Shown here in pieces: positions 23,301 through 37,165 of a stretch of DNA of 64,000 nt; the stretch's first letter is position 1, and each line of letters starts with the position of its first letter. The position numbers and the translations under genes are program-made. This DNA comes from Lama guanicoe (lineage: Eukaryota), in NCBI GenBank assembly GCA_013239625.1, contig MU053493.1, positions 1,435,793 through 1,499,792 of the forward strand. Reading direction: 5' to 3'. The notes beneath the pieces are model-generated. The model did not search any database, was not told the origin of the DNA, and saw nothing but the letters and a program-made list of their open reading frames with translations.

Positions 23301-26300
23301 CCAGAGGACAGAGCTCCTGTCCCGAGGACAGAGCAACCACCCAAGGCCCTCCCAAGGGGCCAGCCCGGGGTGAGGAGCTGGAGCCACAGCAGATGACTCC
23401 ACTGTCACTCCAGCAGCTCTGACCGGGAACCAGCTGGCCGCCACCCTGGCCACTGGGCCTGTGTGCGCAGAGCAGGGAGCCAGGGGGGCTTGTGGGGTGG
23501 AACCTCGGAGTCCAGGCAGAGGGGCCCCTGCAGACACCAGCTCTGAGAAGAGATGGAAATCCCTGGCCTGGCCTGAACCCCAAAGACGAGAAAGAAGAGC
23601 TCCCACGGCCACCTTCCCAGGACCAGGAGGCCTAACCACATGCCCTCCAGCCCCAAGAGTCAGGAGGTGCGGTGTACAGCAGGGCAGTGTGGGGACCCCA
23701 GGGTAAAAGAGCGGGCCTGGGGCCTTTGTTAGGTAAACGCTTCCCAGACGGCCCACTCAGTTCACCGCAGGGCCCTCGGACATCTAAGAACACACCTTTC
23801 TTGCCAGGGTGCCGGGCTAGGTGCTCTCGAGCCCTGCTGGTGGGGTGTCAGGCTCGGTCTTCCTTCCTAGGAGGCAGTTTGTCCCTACCTGCACCTTCCC
23901 TGGCTGGCTCCCAGGAGTTCATGTGAAAATGACAAGCACAGGCCCACCATGGGTGACAGTCGGTCACAGGCTATTCCAGCGGAGCAAGTCGCTGGAAATA
24001 TCACACCTGCACAACCCCGGGCTCCGTCAGGACCCCGGGGATGAACAGATGAGGACCCCCTGGGCAACCATGAAAGGGCAGGTCCAAGAGCCCGGCAGCG
24101 CTCTGGAGATGTGCTCATGACAGAATGTTAAACAGTGGGAAAGAGCAGGACGTAAAATGACTTGTGTGGGACACCCCAAGTTTTCTACTGAAATACACAC
24201 AGGCACACGGGGTAGCAGTAGTGACGTGCGGACGGTGGGATGAAAGTTGGTGCTTTTCCTCCTCGTTAATTTTTCTTTTATTCCTTTTCTGTTCCTCACA
24301 TCCTATTTCGTGAGCGTGCTCCACTTTTACAATCAGAAAGAAAACAGATGCAACGCATTCTAATCACAGTCTTCCAGTAAAGCAACTTCTTATGAGAAAC
24401 AGGAACATACTCACATCTCACCCGGCCCCAGAGCACCAAAAGCCAGTCCCAATGTGGGTGGAGCAAGTATTTTCCAACTGTTGACTGCACCCAACTCAGA
24501 AGCTGCCCTCGGGCCCACAGATGGCCGATTTGGGTCATCTAAAAAGGCTCGTCAGATGGAGACGCTGTGGAATTCTCCACTTGGGTGTCCACCAAGCGTT
24601 GCCTCCTGGTGTCCCCTAATCTCTCTGCCGCTCTCATGTTCTTACACAAAGGCCACTGACAGCGAGGGTCCTTAGTTATTCAAAACTGCTGCAGCCCGAA
24701 TCACCCCGGACAGCGGGTGCCAGCATCTCAGAGCCCGGTGGGCCTGGCCTCCTGCACTGGCCTGGCCCACCCCTGAGGTCCTCCCAGAGGGCTGGACCCA
24801 CACCAAAGCTACCCTGGAGACCCTCTGAAATCAGGCAGGAGGCCTCCTTACACGCCTGACCGCTTTCTCTAAACACCGCTGGGTGAGACAGGTGCAAAGC
24901 ACCAGGCCCTGAGCCTCATTTCCCTTACCCTACACCCTGGGGACATCGTTCCTTACACCTCAAGTTCAAGCAACTGATGAAGACAGAACCTAAGAGGAGT
25001 ATCCCGCCTGGACCCTCACATGTGTCCCCTGGGATCTGCACCCCTGCCGCCAAGGGACAGCTGTCCCCATGGGAGGCGCCAGGACAGGCTCTGAGCAGTG
25101 GGCCTGCACCGCCTGTGGGACGAACTTCCCACCCACCAACACCTCTGGGTCCTCGTGCCCCTCCCCAGCTGTGACGGGCAGACCCCTTCCCTTCTTGGCC
25201 TGTAACTTGCATAATGGCTCCACAGCCTGACTACTCTCCAAGTTCTGGGAGCTCAGGGGGACCCTCTGCAGGGCTTTACTAGGTGGAGAAGAGCCACCTC
25301 AGCCAGAGAAGCGGTCATCACTGCCACAAGGGCCTCGCCGAGGACCCGGCGGTGTCAGCAGCTCTCCCAGTGCTCCTGGTCAGCCCAGGACATGTGGTTA
25401 ATCGCTGGTTCCACCGCCCAGCTCTGTGGAATTGCAGGGGTGCTTTTTGTTCATTCCCACCCAGCCTCACAGTGGGGGGAGGGCTGCTGGGAGCTGTGAC
25501 CCCTGGGGGGACCCCCAGGGCCAGGATGGGGGCCTGAAGCATCCTGGAGAGACTGAAGTCCCTCTCCTGAATCCAGTCCTCACGATGCGCCCACCTCTGG
25601 GGCCCCGAGGGAGCCCACTTCCTCCCCACCCATCCCTAGGCACCACGGCATGCTTGTGCAGCAAGAGGCCCATGAAAGTATCAGAGGTGAGGTGGGTGAC
25701 AGGGGCTGACAGGGCTGACACCTGGCCAGGGCCTAGAGACTGGGGTCCAGGACCAGGCACAGCACAAGGCGAGCACGCACGCAATCCCTGGCCCCCGGGA
25801 TGACGGCCACTCAACTGACTGGAGGGCTGCTACTACCACTGCAGCCCCACTGGGCACATGCTTCCCAGCTGCTGGGGGCCCGGCCGGCTCTCGGAAAACA
25901 TGCCCAAGTCAGGACCACCCAGAGGGTCACTGGAGCGCCCGGGGCAGCAGCACTCCCACAGTCCCGAACTCCCCCAGATGGAATTACAGTCACGGACCAG
26001 GACCCCACAAAGGGGAGTCAGGGGAGCAGGCCTGCATAGGACACAGCTCCCCCGCTTCACCCCACAGCCGCACTCTGCAGGTCCAGAGAGAGCACAGGCC
26101 TCTACAAACAGCGCTGGACGGTGCCAAATCCAAAGGCAGTGACATGGGCGGCAAAGCTGAGCCCAAGGCACGGAGGCCTGGCATGCGGTCTGAGCCCCAG
26201 CTCATGGAAACGAAGCGGTCAGCGCCCATGCAGATGGGCTGTGCGTCTGTGGCCACGCCAGCCAGGCCTGGGCGACAAGGGGTCTTCTGGGGGCTGGTGA

Positions 26301-29300
26301 AGGGAAGGATCACCAAGGGTGAAGTCAGTGCCAAGCAACCTCTCTGGGAGGTAGAACTGAGGGCCACTCTTTCTCTTTCTTTGAGCTTTTCTAAATTTTC
26401 CAAAATGGTTTGCAGTTAACATGTCACTTTCAATAAAACATAAGGGCACCTGTGCATGCGGGTGCCATGCATGGCCCTTCTCCTCCTGGAGAGCCAGACC
26501 CTCAGACCCTCAGGTTCCACTGTCACTTAAGCTGGAAACCAGGTCAGAGAGGGTAGCGGGGCCAACGCCACTCTCGTTTGCTTCCACTGCATCCTCTTCT
26601 CTTTACTAGACTTGACCTTCCCGTGGGCATCCTGACATCCCCCAAGTCCTGTGAGTTTTCCACTTTCCTCCCTGAGCAGGGAAACCAACGGTGTGGATCT
26701 CATCTGCAGAAACAGATGGAGGTGCCCAGAAAGAACAGAAGAGACCACAGAAGCTGAGGCTGGCCTGCGGGGAGCCGTCAAGAAGGCAGGGAGGCAGGCA
26801 CTCAGGCATGAGACGGGCTTTTGGAAACACACCTTCCCCTATCCCCAGGTGGGGGGCATGTGGTAAGGGAAAAGCCAACAGAGAGCCTGAGCATTCTCCC
26901 AAACACGCCCATGGAAAGGCGGGCATGCACGCAGCCCGGACCCAGAGGCCAGGGCACAAGGGCACCGTGACACCCACTTCTTTCTTCTTCCCCTGGCATC
27001 CTGAGTCACATCGCCCCCTCCCTCCTTCCCTCCTCGCCCTTAGAGTCCCCCACCCCACCCTGTGCAGAATCCCTGGGGAGGAGCCTCCATAAGACTCCTC
27101 TTCCCACCACCCCTCAGGAGCAGCACGACCCCTGGATGCCCACACCCTGGGCCTGTCTCTCATCACCAAGACGATGCCCCTCAGGCCCAGACCTGCCTCC
27201 AGAGGGGCCCCTCTGACTTGCCTTTCGCCCACCCCCCGCAAGTGACTGGGTGGCGCCTCTCTGCTCCCACACCCTCCGTTGTCCCCCCTAAGACCCCTTC
27301 CTTACAGGAATCTGGCTCATGGCTTTGAAAGACACCCCCACTTACCTCTCCCCACCCACAAGTGGCAAGAACAGCACTTCCCAAACCTCCGGCCAGCCCA
27401 GCGTGGTCTGGGCAGAGCAGCCAGCATCCTGGTGACCTGGTCTCCCAGGTGGTCCCCAGGCACAACGGCAGAAGCCCTCTCCTCGGGAGCCTTGGTGCCA
27501 CCAGCAGAGCTTTGGGGGGACACCTAGCCCTAGCTCCGTGCCTACCTCACCTAGTCACTCAGCCCTCAAGTCCTCTGACCTGCCAAGCTCGGCCCCATCA
27601 CAGACCTGACCCACCACAGCCTCAGCTGACAGCCAGCAGGCGGGGACTCTGCGTGTCCCCTCAGAGCCCATTCAACCCACTGTTCCCGTCTGCACCTCCC
27701 CAACCTCCAGGCCCCAAAGGCAGGGGACTGGGTCCCAGCAGCCCACGCAGCCCACGACCAAGGCCCGGGTCACCCCGTCTGGAAACTGAAAGGTTCGGAG
27801 GCACAGGTGGTGCTTTCGTTTCTCCTTCCAGTTGAAGGTGATGCCTCTGAGAGAGAAGACGAGAAGCGGACCTGTGACAATGCGGGCGTCACCTTGAGGG
27901 AAGCCCTCCCTAGAAGCCGAGGCTGGGGCGTAGGGGTAGCAGGGGATTCCCCCCGCCCGGAAGCCCCCAAGGCCCTGAGAGGCTGGGGGTCCAGGCAGGG
28001 TGTGAGGAGAAGAAAGAGGTGGCCAAGGGGCTGCCACAAGGCGGGAAGGTGGAGATGAGCTGGGGGATGGCGTGCAGCCCCAGGGATGAACCAGCACTGC
28101 CGGTGACACAGGGAGGGGGTCCTGGGCACATCCACCTCACTTCTCCCCAAGCGGATGGGTCAATATCAGAGGGACCCAACCCAGGAGGGGCAGCCAGTGC
28201 TGAAAAGGAGCCCAGGACTCGTGCATGCGTGTGTGTATTGGTGGGGGAGGGGTGCAAGTTTCAGGAAAAGGAAGAGGGTGCTTTCTGGAACCACAGATGT
28301 GTGATCTTCCCAGAAACAATCAAGCCAAGCTCATCGACCTGGGGTTCTGTGCAAAACGACGGATTCCTGCTGGGACAGGCTACAGGTGCACAGAAGGTGC
28401 CGGGCGATGGGGGGCCTTTGTCAGGAAAGGGGCTCATGCTGCACACATGGGCACTCAGAGGGTCACGTTCCCTCTGCACCCACATCCATCTGAGCTCTGG
28501 GCACGTCATAACAAAAGCCTGCCCTCTGACACCCTCCCTCTAGGACGGGGATCAGAGCATGGATTTATTCCGTCGGTGACCACAGACTTTACCCGTGGGA
28601 CAGTAGAGGCGATGAACCAATGAGGGCCCAGGGACAGCTGGAGGGCGCCAATACCATCATGAGTGGCTAAAACATTTGGAGACCTTCCCCCGGGGCTGGC
28701 TAAGCAGACACTCTGGGTCAGTGGTCAGTCCTGTGAAGGGAGGTGTCCCCACTCCACACCCCTCCAACCCCAGCCAGAGGCAGGACCTTCACAGCCCTTG
28801 GGAACAGCGAGGAAACCCCATGCCTCCCACCCTTGGCCCTGTCCTGACACCCCCCCACCAATGCAGCTTTACACAGTACTGTGTGCACCATTGGGCAGGC
28901 CGGCTCCCGGCCCCAGCCCCATCGTCGCGACCCTGGCCACCTTCTCTCCACTTTTGAGAGTCTAGAGCTTCTCAGCCGGGCTGCAGGGTGGGTTGGGACC
29001 CTGGTGCCCAGGTCTAGTGCCCCCCTGAGCCTCCTATCAGGCCCACTCCGCACCTCGGTGTGGCCAGGGTCTCACTGCAGCCTCCTCCTGCTGGGTCCCA
29101 AGAGCCCCCCACCAATCACCCTGGGTCCAGCCTGAAAGACCTGAGGAGACGCCGACCCACAGCCCAGAAGCACCTGCCTCAGACTTCAGGCCCCAACCCC
29201 CCCACCCAGCCCCAGGGGGCAGCCGCACCTAGCCCCACGCCTCAGGGGCTGGATCCCCTCCTCACAGTGCGGAGGCAGGACGGCTTTGGGACGGTTGGGT

Positions 29301-32300
29301 GCTGTCCTCAGGAGGGTGGGGAGTGCCTGGGACAGCTCAGTGGGGAAGGGGCCCCAACTGCAACCCCTCCTGCCACTTCCACCCCTGCCGGCAACCGCCC
29401 TCCCCCAGCTCTTTTCTGCCCTGGAATCCACCAAGATGTTGTTGACATAAAGGTTCTACTGCTTCTAGGGGAAAAATCTGTAAACCCCAGGCCAGGACTC
29501 ATTCTCCACATTCTTAGGACAAACCCTGTGACCAGCATATTTGGCCCCCGGGAGGGGTGTGGAGTGACGGCCCAGGCCTCCCAAGCAGGGAGTGACCCAC
29601 TACGAGCCAGGCCCCCGGCAGAGGGGCAGAAGCAGGCCACCCCAGAGGCCCAGCACCCAGCCAGGACACAGAGTAGCCAAGCTGGGCGAGCACCCGGGCT
29701 GCTGCTGGTTCCAGCCCGGCTCCCAGCACCCCAGCCCCCTCCCCACAGCCCTGCCGGCGGGACTCCTGGACAGGTCTGAGCCACAGCCCGATTTCAGTAG
29801 GCCCTAGCCTGAAAGCAGGGGTGAAGGCGGTGATGGAGATGCTCATGCTGCTGACACCCTAGCCGTGCTGCAGGTAAGGAGTGAGACCAGATGTCAGCAC
29901 AGACGGGAGGGAGGGGCATGGGGCCTGCCTCTGGGGCTGGAGCCACATGATCCGGCTGCGCAGGCACAGGGCTCTCCGGGCCAGGGTCCTGGAGGACATC
30001 TCGGCCCTCCAGGAAGACGGAGAAGGAAGACTCCTCGGGCCTTCTCTAGAGGCTCAGGAACCTGGACCCAGAGATGCCAGTTCCGTGCCTGAGAGGTCAG
30101 GCACCCTTCATTATCCGCCCCGGGCCTTTGCAGGACTCTGTGTCCACGGATGCACAGCAGCCACTGTCAGAACACGCAAACCCTGGAGAGCCTCCCAGGA
30201 CCCAGCTGGCCAGCTCCGAACAGCTCTGGGCTGTCCCAGTCACTTCCTGCGGATGGAAATCGTCCCCTAATGTAGGAAGCCCAGTTTGTATAACTACGTC
30301 CCAGGGTGCTGCTGGCACAGGTGGGCACACGGTCTGCCGGGGCCGAGAGCCCCCAGGCCATGCACTGGCAGAAGCGCCCTTCCGCTGTGGTCCCCATGGA
30401 AGGCTGACCCTTGAGGAGGTGAGGCTCTCAGGGCGGTCTCCCTGACTGGGGCGCAGAGAGGCAGGGGTGCAGGTGCGCACAGCTCCGGGCCTCTCCGTGC
30501 CCAGTGCCTGGTCACTCCAGACCACACGAGCGGGGCAAGGAGACACTCCACACATGTCCTCAGAAACAACTTAGATGCCAGGGCAGAAAAGAGGACGGCT
30601 GCAAGAGCGTCCAGGTGTCAGCTCAGAACAGACGCCCCCAGCTCGCACGCTCACTCAGAATCTCCCCTCAGACCACACAGGAAGCATCTCAATGCCAAAG
30701 GACGAAAAGCTGGCAGGAAGGGTGCATGACCTGTGGTCGGACAGCTGCAACCCTGGTCTCAAGAAGACCTTCATGCTTCCCCTTAGGAAACAACTCTCAT
30801 ATCTGATCTCACATCTGCAACTTAGAACTGCGGGCCCCAAGAAAGAGAGAAGAAAGGGGGAAAGACAGCCTGACACTCATGAACAGGACGCGGGGTGCTG
30901 CTGATGGAGTGGCCCGGGACGCCAGAGAAAGAGCGACTGTCAGTCCTGAGCGGGAGTTCCCGGCCAAGCATGTCGAAGCCGCGGGGACAGCGGGGCCGGG
31001 CTGTCCACCTGAAGGAGCTCTCCTCCCAAGGGCTGGGCAGCCTCTCCCAGGCAGCCCGCTTCTGGAAGTCCTGCCCAGAGCACCCCATCCATCTGGGCGG
31101 GGTCACCTGGCAGGACTGGCACAGCCACTCATCACCAGGAGACTGCCCAAGACTATCGACCCCCAGAGGAGAGGGGGCAGGAGAGTGAGCGTATCCAAAA
31201 TGGCTCTGGTGATGGGTGACCCGGTCTTTCACCTCAAGTTTCCAGTTTAGTGGCTTCCACCCTTTAAAGAGCCTGCCCAGCTACAACCAGCTGGTACCTG
31301 GTAACAAATGAGGCTCACCTGAGACTGGCCGCTGCTCGGCAGCGGGTCTCCATAGCAACAAGACACTCGTGGAGCCCCACTGTCTGCACTGCCGTTCTGG
31401 GGCCCAGGATGGGCACTTTGCTGACTGGAGAGCTGAGGTGGGACACAGCTCAACCCATGTAGTGCCACCGGGAGGCTCTGGGAGGTCCCAAGGCAAGAGC
31501 CGGCACCTGCTTCAGAAAAGTAGTTCTAAATTGTTTCTTTCCAAAAGAGAAATCAGCAAAGATGTCTGTTCATTCAGGTGCTGGTGAGCAGTACTATGGT
31601 GGGTGAGATTCTGCTCCCACAGGTTAAACACATAGACACACGCACACTCATATGCACACATGCACACAACGCATACTACACACATTTACACACAGCCACA
31701 CACACACACATCCCTCCTACTGGGTGCCTCGCACACACTCTCAAAGGCCAGGGAGTCAGCACACCTTGAACTTGGACCAGATGCAATCTGTTGTCCCTCC
31801 AAAGCCAGGGGACCTCACCAACACTGCATATCACCCCTCTGTTTAAATGACAACTCACCATCAGACAAAAAGGCCTTTCTCTGATAAAAACAAAACACTG
31901 AGAGGCTACTGACTGAGGTCACTAAGACACACCACACGTGGGGTCAAGCTTCCACGTAGTCAGGACAAGAGACGCGACAATGACATGGGGCTCAAAGTCC
32001 AAAGCCCAGACGGTCAGGATGTAGCAGAGGGCACAGGGCACCGGGTCCCGGACAGGACTCCCAACGCTCTGCCCCGGTGATCACACCAACCCCACTGTAG
32101 GGAGACGCTCCCTACTCAGGTACGCGCAGGGGATTGGCAGGGAGGCTGGGGCAGGAGGGCCCAGGGGCAGCCCAGCCCAACCCCACGGGCTTCAGCCTGC
32201 GTGTGCCAAGGGAAGGGAGCCCAGGGCCCTGCATGCCCCCAGTGAAGACGGACCCCCACACACTGTTGTGACTCTGCAAAGTGACTCCAAGGACAAGCCA

Positions 32301-35300
32301 CCCACCAGAGCTGCCTGGGTCAGCTCCACTCACAACAAAACGAATGAAGTCAGCTCTCCTGTAGACTCACCCGGCACCTTCTCAGTGGGGGCTGGTGACT
32401 CCGTAGCAGGTAATTCACAGGTGATGGCCCAGGGAAGCCCAGGGCTGCCCCCAGTAAAGGGTAAGGTCTGCACAAGAGTCTGCTGCTGAGTCTCCCTGAC
32501 ACTGAGGTGCCCCAGCTGGCCCGGACCCTCCCAAGTCCCTCCCACTGAGACAGGACATCCAGCCCAGTCACCTGGAGAGCAAACACCAAAAGGTCACCTT
32601 GTACCAGGGTGTAAACTAGCTCATCGGGTGGGGAGAGTGCTGCTCAGGCTCAGACAGACTTACTGCCTGTCAGACCCTTCGACTGGGACCTGAACATCCC
32701 AAGGTGAGAGAGGCATTGCCCCTAAATTCTCCATGGAGCCTAATCAATCTCGGGTAGATATGATCCTGGTGTGGGGTTGACATGAGGGCTCCCGGTGCCT
32801 GGACCCCAGCCAGTGCATCCCCTACACGCCATCCTAAGGCCACACCAGCTGTTGGTGGTAGGGGCCCCTTTGTGACACCCTCACCCTGCCCGCCATGCCA
32901 GGGCCCCTCCACAGTTTAAAAGAAAAAGCCCATGAGTCACTGGAAGAAACCTTCCTCCCATAAAGGGAATATAAATGTTTATTAAGAAATTATAGGTACC
33001 AGGTCAGGCATCTTGGAACCTTAGTCAATCCAGCTAATTAAAGGGGAAAAAAAAATCAAAACAGAAGCCCATCCTAGAAACTTGAGACAATGAGAGCTTC
33101 TCTGGCCACAAGCGCTCTGGTTCTGCCGGTTGCCAAGGAGACCCAGTGTTTACCCCTCCCTCTGCTGTGTAGGAGGATGCTGACCAAGCCTGACCGGGAG
33201 CAGCTAGGCTGATGCCGGCAACAGCCCACAGGAAGGACCACAGGGGTGTCCTCAGGGGCCTAGCCCCACCCTAGCCCCCCACCGGTCTGCCAGCCAGCCA
33301 GGGCAACAGCACAAAGGAGAGGTGTCCACACCTTCCCCAAGCCTCCAGCTCCGCAGCACACTCACCCTCCCCTCATCCGGAGAACTAGAAATCCCTCAGG
33401 CAGGTTAAAAAACAAGCTCAGGTCCCAGGTGTGATGGAGGAGGAGGAAGGGGAGGGAGAGGCAGGAGGAGGAAATGCGAGGACACACCAGGCTGGACCCT
33501 CAGCTGGGCAGCACAGAGCTCAGCTCAGGTGGGTTCACCCAGCCCCAGCCAGCCCCCCACATCAGGCTGCTGGCCCCATCCAGGGCTGAGTTGAGGGCCC
33601 CACTGGGGACCAGGAACTTGCACTGTCCAGCTCAGCGCCAGGGTCCCCTCCACCCTGAGACCAGTCCTACCCCAGGAGTCACAGTGGGGCACACGAGGCT
33701 CCTCCCTCCCTCCACGCTCCTGCAGGACTCCACATGACGCGGCCCCACTGGGGGTCGCACAGAACATGCCTGTCACAGCACAGGCCACCAGCCAGACCTC
33801 ATGCTGGACTGGCTTCCTTCCAAAGAAGTAACTGTCCTGACTCTGGTGGGAGGCAGACCCCGTGCACACACTCAGGTACGTGCACACACAGACACACGCA
33901 TGGACAACGGCACACACATAAATATCTGTGTCCCGGGGCTCCGGGCAATGCTGAACATGTGATGGGAGGAGCTGAACACGGGAAAGTGTTTCAACACCTG
34001 GCTCATAATTCAGGGAGACAACAACGATCCGGGAAAGGGAGATAAAGCTTGATGTTTTCAAAGACTAAAGTGAGTGAATTTAAGAACAAATGATGCCACC
34101 CGTGCAAGCAGAATGCTGACACGTAACACCCAGCCCCAGCTGAGGGAAGGGCAGCTTCGAATCAGCACCTGTGAGAAGCCACGGCTGAATTTCCTGCAAA
34201 CCCCTGGGGCCTGACGGTAACTCAGGACAACCCCCATGAGCTCACCCTGCTGCCTACGCTCTGCTGGGATGCCCACGGGCCCACCGCGTAAAATGACAGC
34301 GAAGCTTCATCATCAGAGAAGACAGCACCCTGCAAAGTCCCTCAGACTCTCCCCGAGAATCCCCTGGGGTCTGCGGCCAGGGAACAAAGCAGTGTTAGAA
34401 CACAGGGTGTGCTACGCCGGTAGCCCATAGGGGGCACTCTGGAAAAGACAAGGAGACCTTGGGTGACTGCCCTCAGCACCCTGGGCTGCCGGAGCTGGAG
34501 TCCTGGGGGTCCTCCTCCCACCACGTCGCCCTTGCCCGGGGACAAAAATGGCAACTGATGAACAAACTGAAATCCTTCCAGAGTGTGAGATCTCAGCGAT
34601 GGGATGGAGGGGACCTAAGGCAGCGTCTACACTGCCTGAGCCCATCCCGCCATGCTCACTCAGCACGCCCAATGGGAGAGGACCCCAGGTAGAGACACAA
34701 AAGCCACCTATGACCAGTGGGCAGACCAGACGTGGCCAGTCCGGGGAATGAGGACAACGGGCAGTAAGTCAGGGAGGCAAGCAGAGCCCGCGAAGTATCC
34801 AGACTGCCCGCCACTCCTTCCACAGCTTAGTTAGTAGCAACTGTATAATTAATCCACATTTACCAGCCCTCCTCCAAGGAAAATCTGTCGAGGTTTGCTA
34901 CTGACAAGATGCCTGGGGAGCAGCCGGGGTGCTAACCCCCCGACCTCCGGGGCCCTCCCCGTCATCTCAGACATGGTTTTGAGCAAGTCAGCCGGCCAAC
35001 AGCCCAGGCAAAACGTCACTCCCGCCAAGGACATGCCTGGGCCCCTGGGCCTGCTCCTCCCCTCCTGCGGGCCAAGTGCTGGGGCTCCTTTGCCTTTTCT
35101 GCTTCCTCTCTCTTTCCCAACACTTCCTTGCAAAAACTTATATGCTTGATCTTTCACTAACTTTAGCTTCTTCCTCCAGCCCCCAAACAAGTTATTTATT
35201 CTTTTTTTTTTCCTAGTGAGCACTTATATAATAAAGAGAGTTAAAAACAAGTGGAAAAGCTCAGAGAAAGAATTTATAGGGGGAGGAAATTCCTGTCCTG

Positions 35301-36789
35301 CTCACACCAGAGGTGAATGACCTGGGGGCAACGTAACCCAAGAGAGGGAGGAGGCTCCATCCTGAGCCCCGGGGCACCAGCCAGCTGCCCAGCCATCACC
35401 TCCTGAGTCCCTCTGCGTCTGGGTGGTGGCCCTGGGTGCAGGACAGGAAGCCCCCTGAGCTCCTCGGAGCCCACCTGGTTGGCTCCTATCTCAAAGCTTC
35501 CTTTCCACTTGCCAAGTCTGCAGGAGACAGGCCCTCACCAGAACTCCACCTCCAGCAGCTGCTTCTGAGACACGAGCTCAGCAAAGTGCGCACCCCAAGC
35601 TCTCTGGTGAGTGCCCGCTGATCTGGGCCCCTGTCTCTTGCAAAGCTCTCCCACGATGCACCCTGGGCTCCAGCTCCAGAAGCCAGGCCTATGCCTTGGG
35701 CTTGGGGACCACGGGTCACCCACCCGTGCAGGGCGGGCCACACCCCTGGGGCAGCAGCACAGGGACATGTAATCTGAGACCTCAAGTCTCAGCACTTTTT
35801 CAGTCAGGTCACCTTGGGACAGACTGGCCAATGGCCACGGAGTGAGGCCAAGTTCCTGGTTAGCAAGTGTTTTTGTGTGATGAACTTCAAAAAGGGGAAC
35901 AATAAACAGATCCACTCCCCCACCACGCCCCTCCCCTTGCACACAGTCAAACCCGGGAATGGGCCCCCCTGCCCTCATTGTCTGTGCAGAGTGATGTCAG
36001 GGCAGATGCCACACTGGGCCAGCCTGCCCCCACCAGCATACAAGGCTGGGGGACCCTCAGCAAGCGTGAGGATGGCCCCAGGTCGGCAGGGGACCAGAGC
36101 AGGTGGAACACACAGCAGAGCCAGGCACCGAAGGAGCAGGGGCAACCAGCCTCACCCTAGCTGAGGGTCCCCCGAGTCTCCCCTAGGAAGCCTCACCGGC
36201 CCACTGTAGAGCCACAGGGCTGGGGGCCAAGGGTGGGTCCCCTGTGAGGCTGTGAAACAGGAAAGGAAAACAGGCTCAGGTGTGCGGACTCAGATCAGTA
36301 TTTGGCTTTTTCTGGGAAAGTGTGCAGAGACCCACCAGGACATCCAGGGTGTCACTGGGCACAGGCCCCACCCAGGCCTGAGAAACGGGTCACCCATGGG
36401 CACGGTGCCAGGGTGTGAGTGGGCAGACTGACCAAGAGGAACACGCCCATCACCACCGCCCGAGCTGCTAGAAATACCATCTGGAAGTATGTGATGCAAC
36501 ATAAAATGAGGGTATCTTCCTTGTCTGGGGAAGGGAGCACCTGAGACACTCCTGCATGTGGCAGAGGGCAGGGATCGTAGCAGATGGGCCAGGCAGGAGC
36601 TATACCCTCCCCCAAAAAGACTTTTTAAAAGTGTGACAAATACAACTAGTGACTCAGGGAGAAGGGTATATGATTATGTGCAAAGGGTGTGCGGGCTTCT
36701 GACATCAGGAGGCCCTGCTCACCTATCGTCCCCTGGGACCCGGTCTGGATGGGAGCAGCAGTCAGGCCCAGTGGGCACAGCCGAACTCA

Positions 36790-36995
36790 GGAGCGTGGCT
36801 GCCCAGGCACTAGCCCCAGCTCCACCCTCATCTGCTGTGCAGCCTTGGTCATATTTCGTGACCCATCTGAGCTTAGCATCCTTATTTAAACACTAGTAAC
36901 AATAACAGTGCCTATTTCATGGGGTCCTTGTGAAGATTAAACAGCTTACTATAAACGGCTGCAAATAGACCACCAGGCCCCTAGCAAGCAGTGTG
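36790..36995 (+). mobile_element. MIR
   Basis: CCCAGCTCCACC...CCTTGG...ATAACAGTGCCTATTTCATGGGGTCCTTGTGAAGATTAAA core. Confidence 0.65.
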
Positions 36996-37066
36996 GACGT
37001 GTTAGACGCGATGTGAGAGCTGAGTGTGTCATTCTACAAGTTTTTATTTTAAAAACTATTCTAACT

Positions 37067-37165
37067 GGGGGGGGGGGTATAGCTCAGTGGTAGAGCATGT
37101 GCTTAGCAGGCATGGGGTCCGGGGTTCAATCCCCAGTACCTCCACTAAAAAGCAACAACAACAAC
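37067..37165 (+). mobile_element. tRNA-Ala(AGC)-derived SINE (camelid Vic-1-like), full length with TSD
   Basis: GGGGGTATAGCTCAGTGGTAGAGC...GGTTCAATCCCCAGTACCTCCA followed by an A/CAA tail. TSD AAAACTATT(C/T)TAACT at 37052-37066 and 37166-37180, at a TTTT/AAAA L1 endonuclease site. Confidence 0.9.

Noticed and set aside
36596..36613. GAGCTATACCCTCCCCC, the 5' tip of a minus-strand SINE
   Set aside because: Only about 17 bp. Possibly a deletion remnant, but too short to call.
37073..37144. Bona fide tRNA-Ala gene
   Set aside because: Flanked by a 15-bp TSD and an A-rich tail, and is one of many diverged copies, so it is a SINE.
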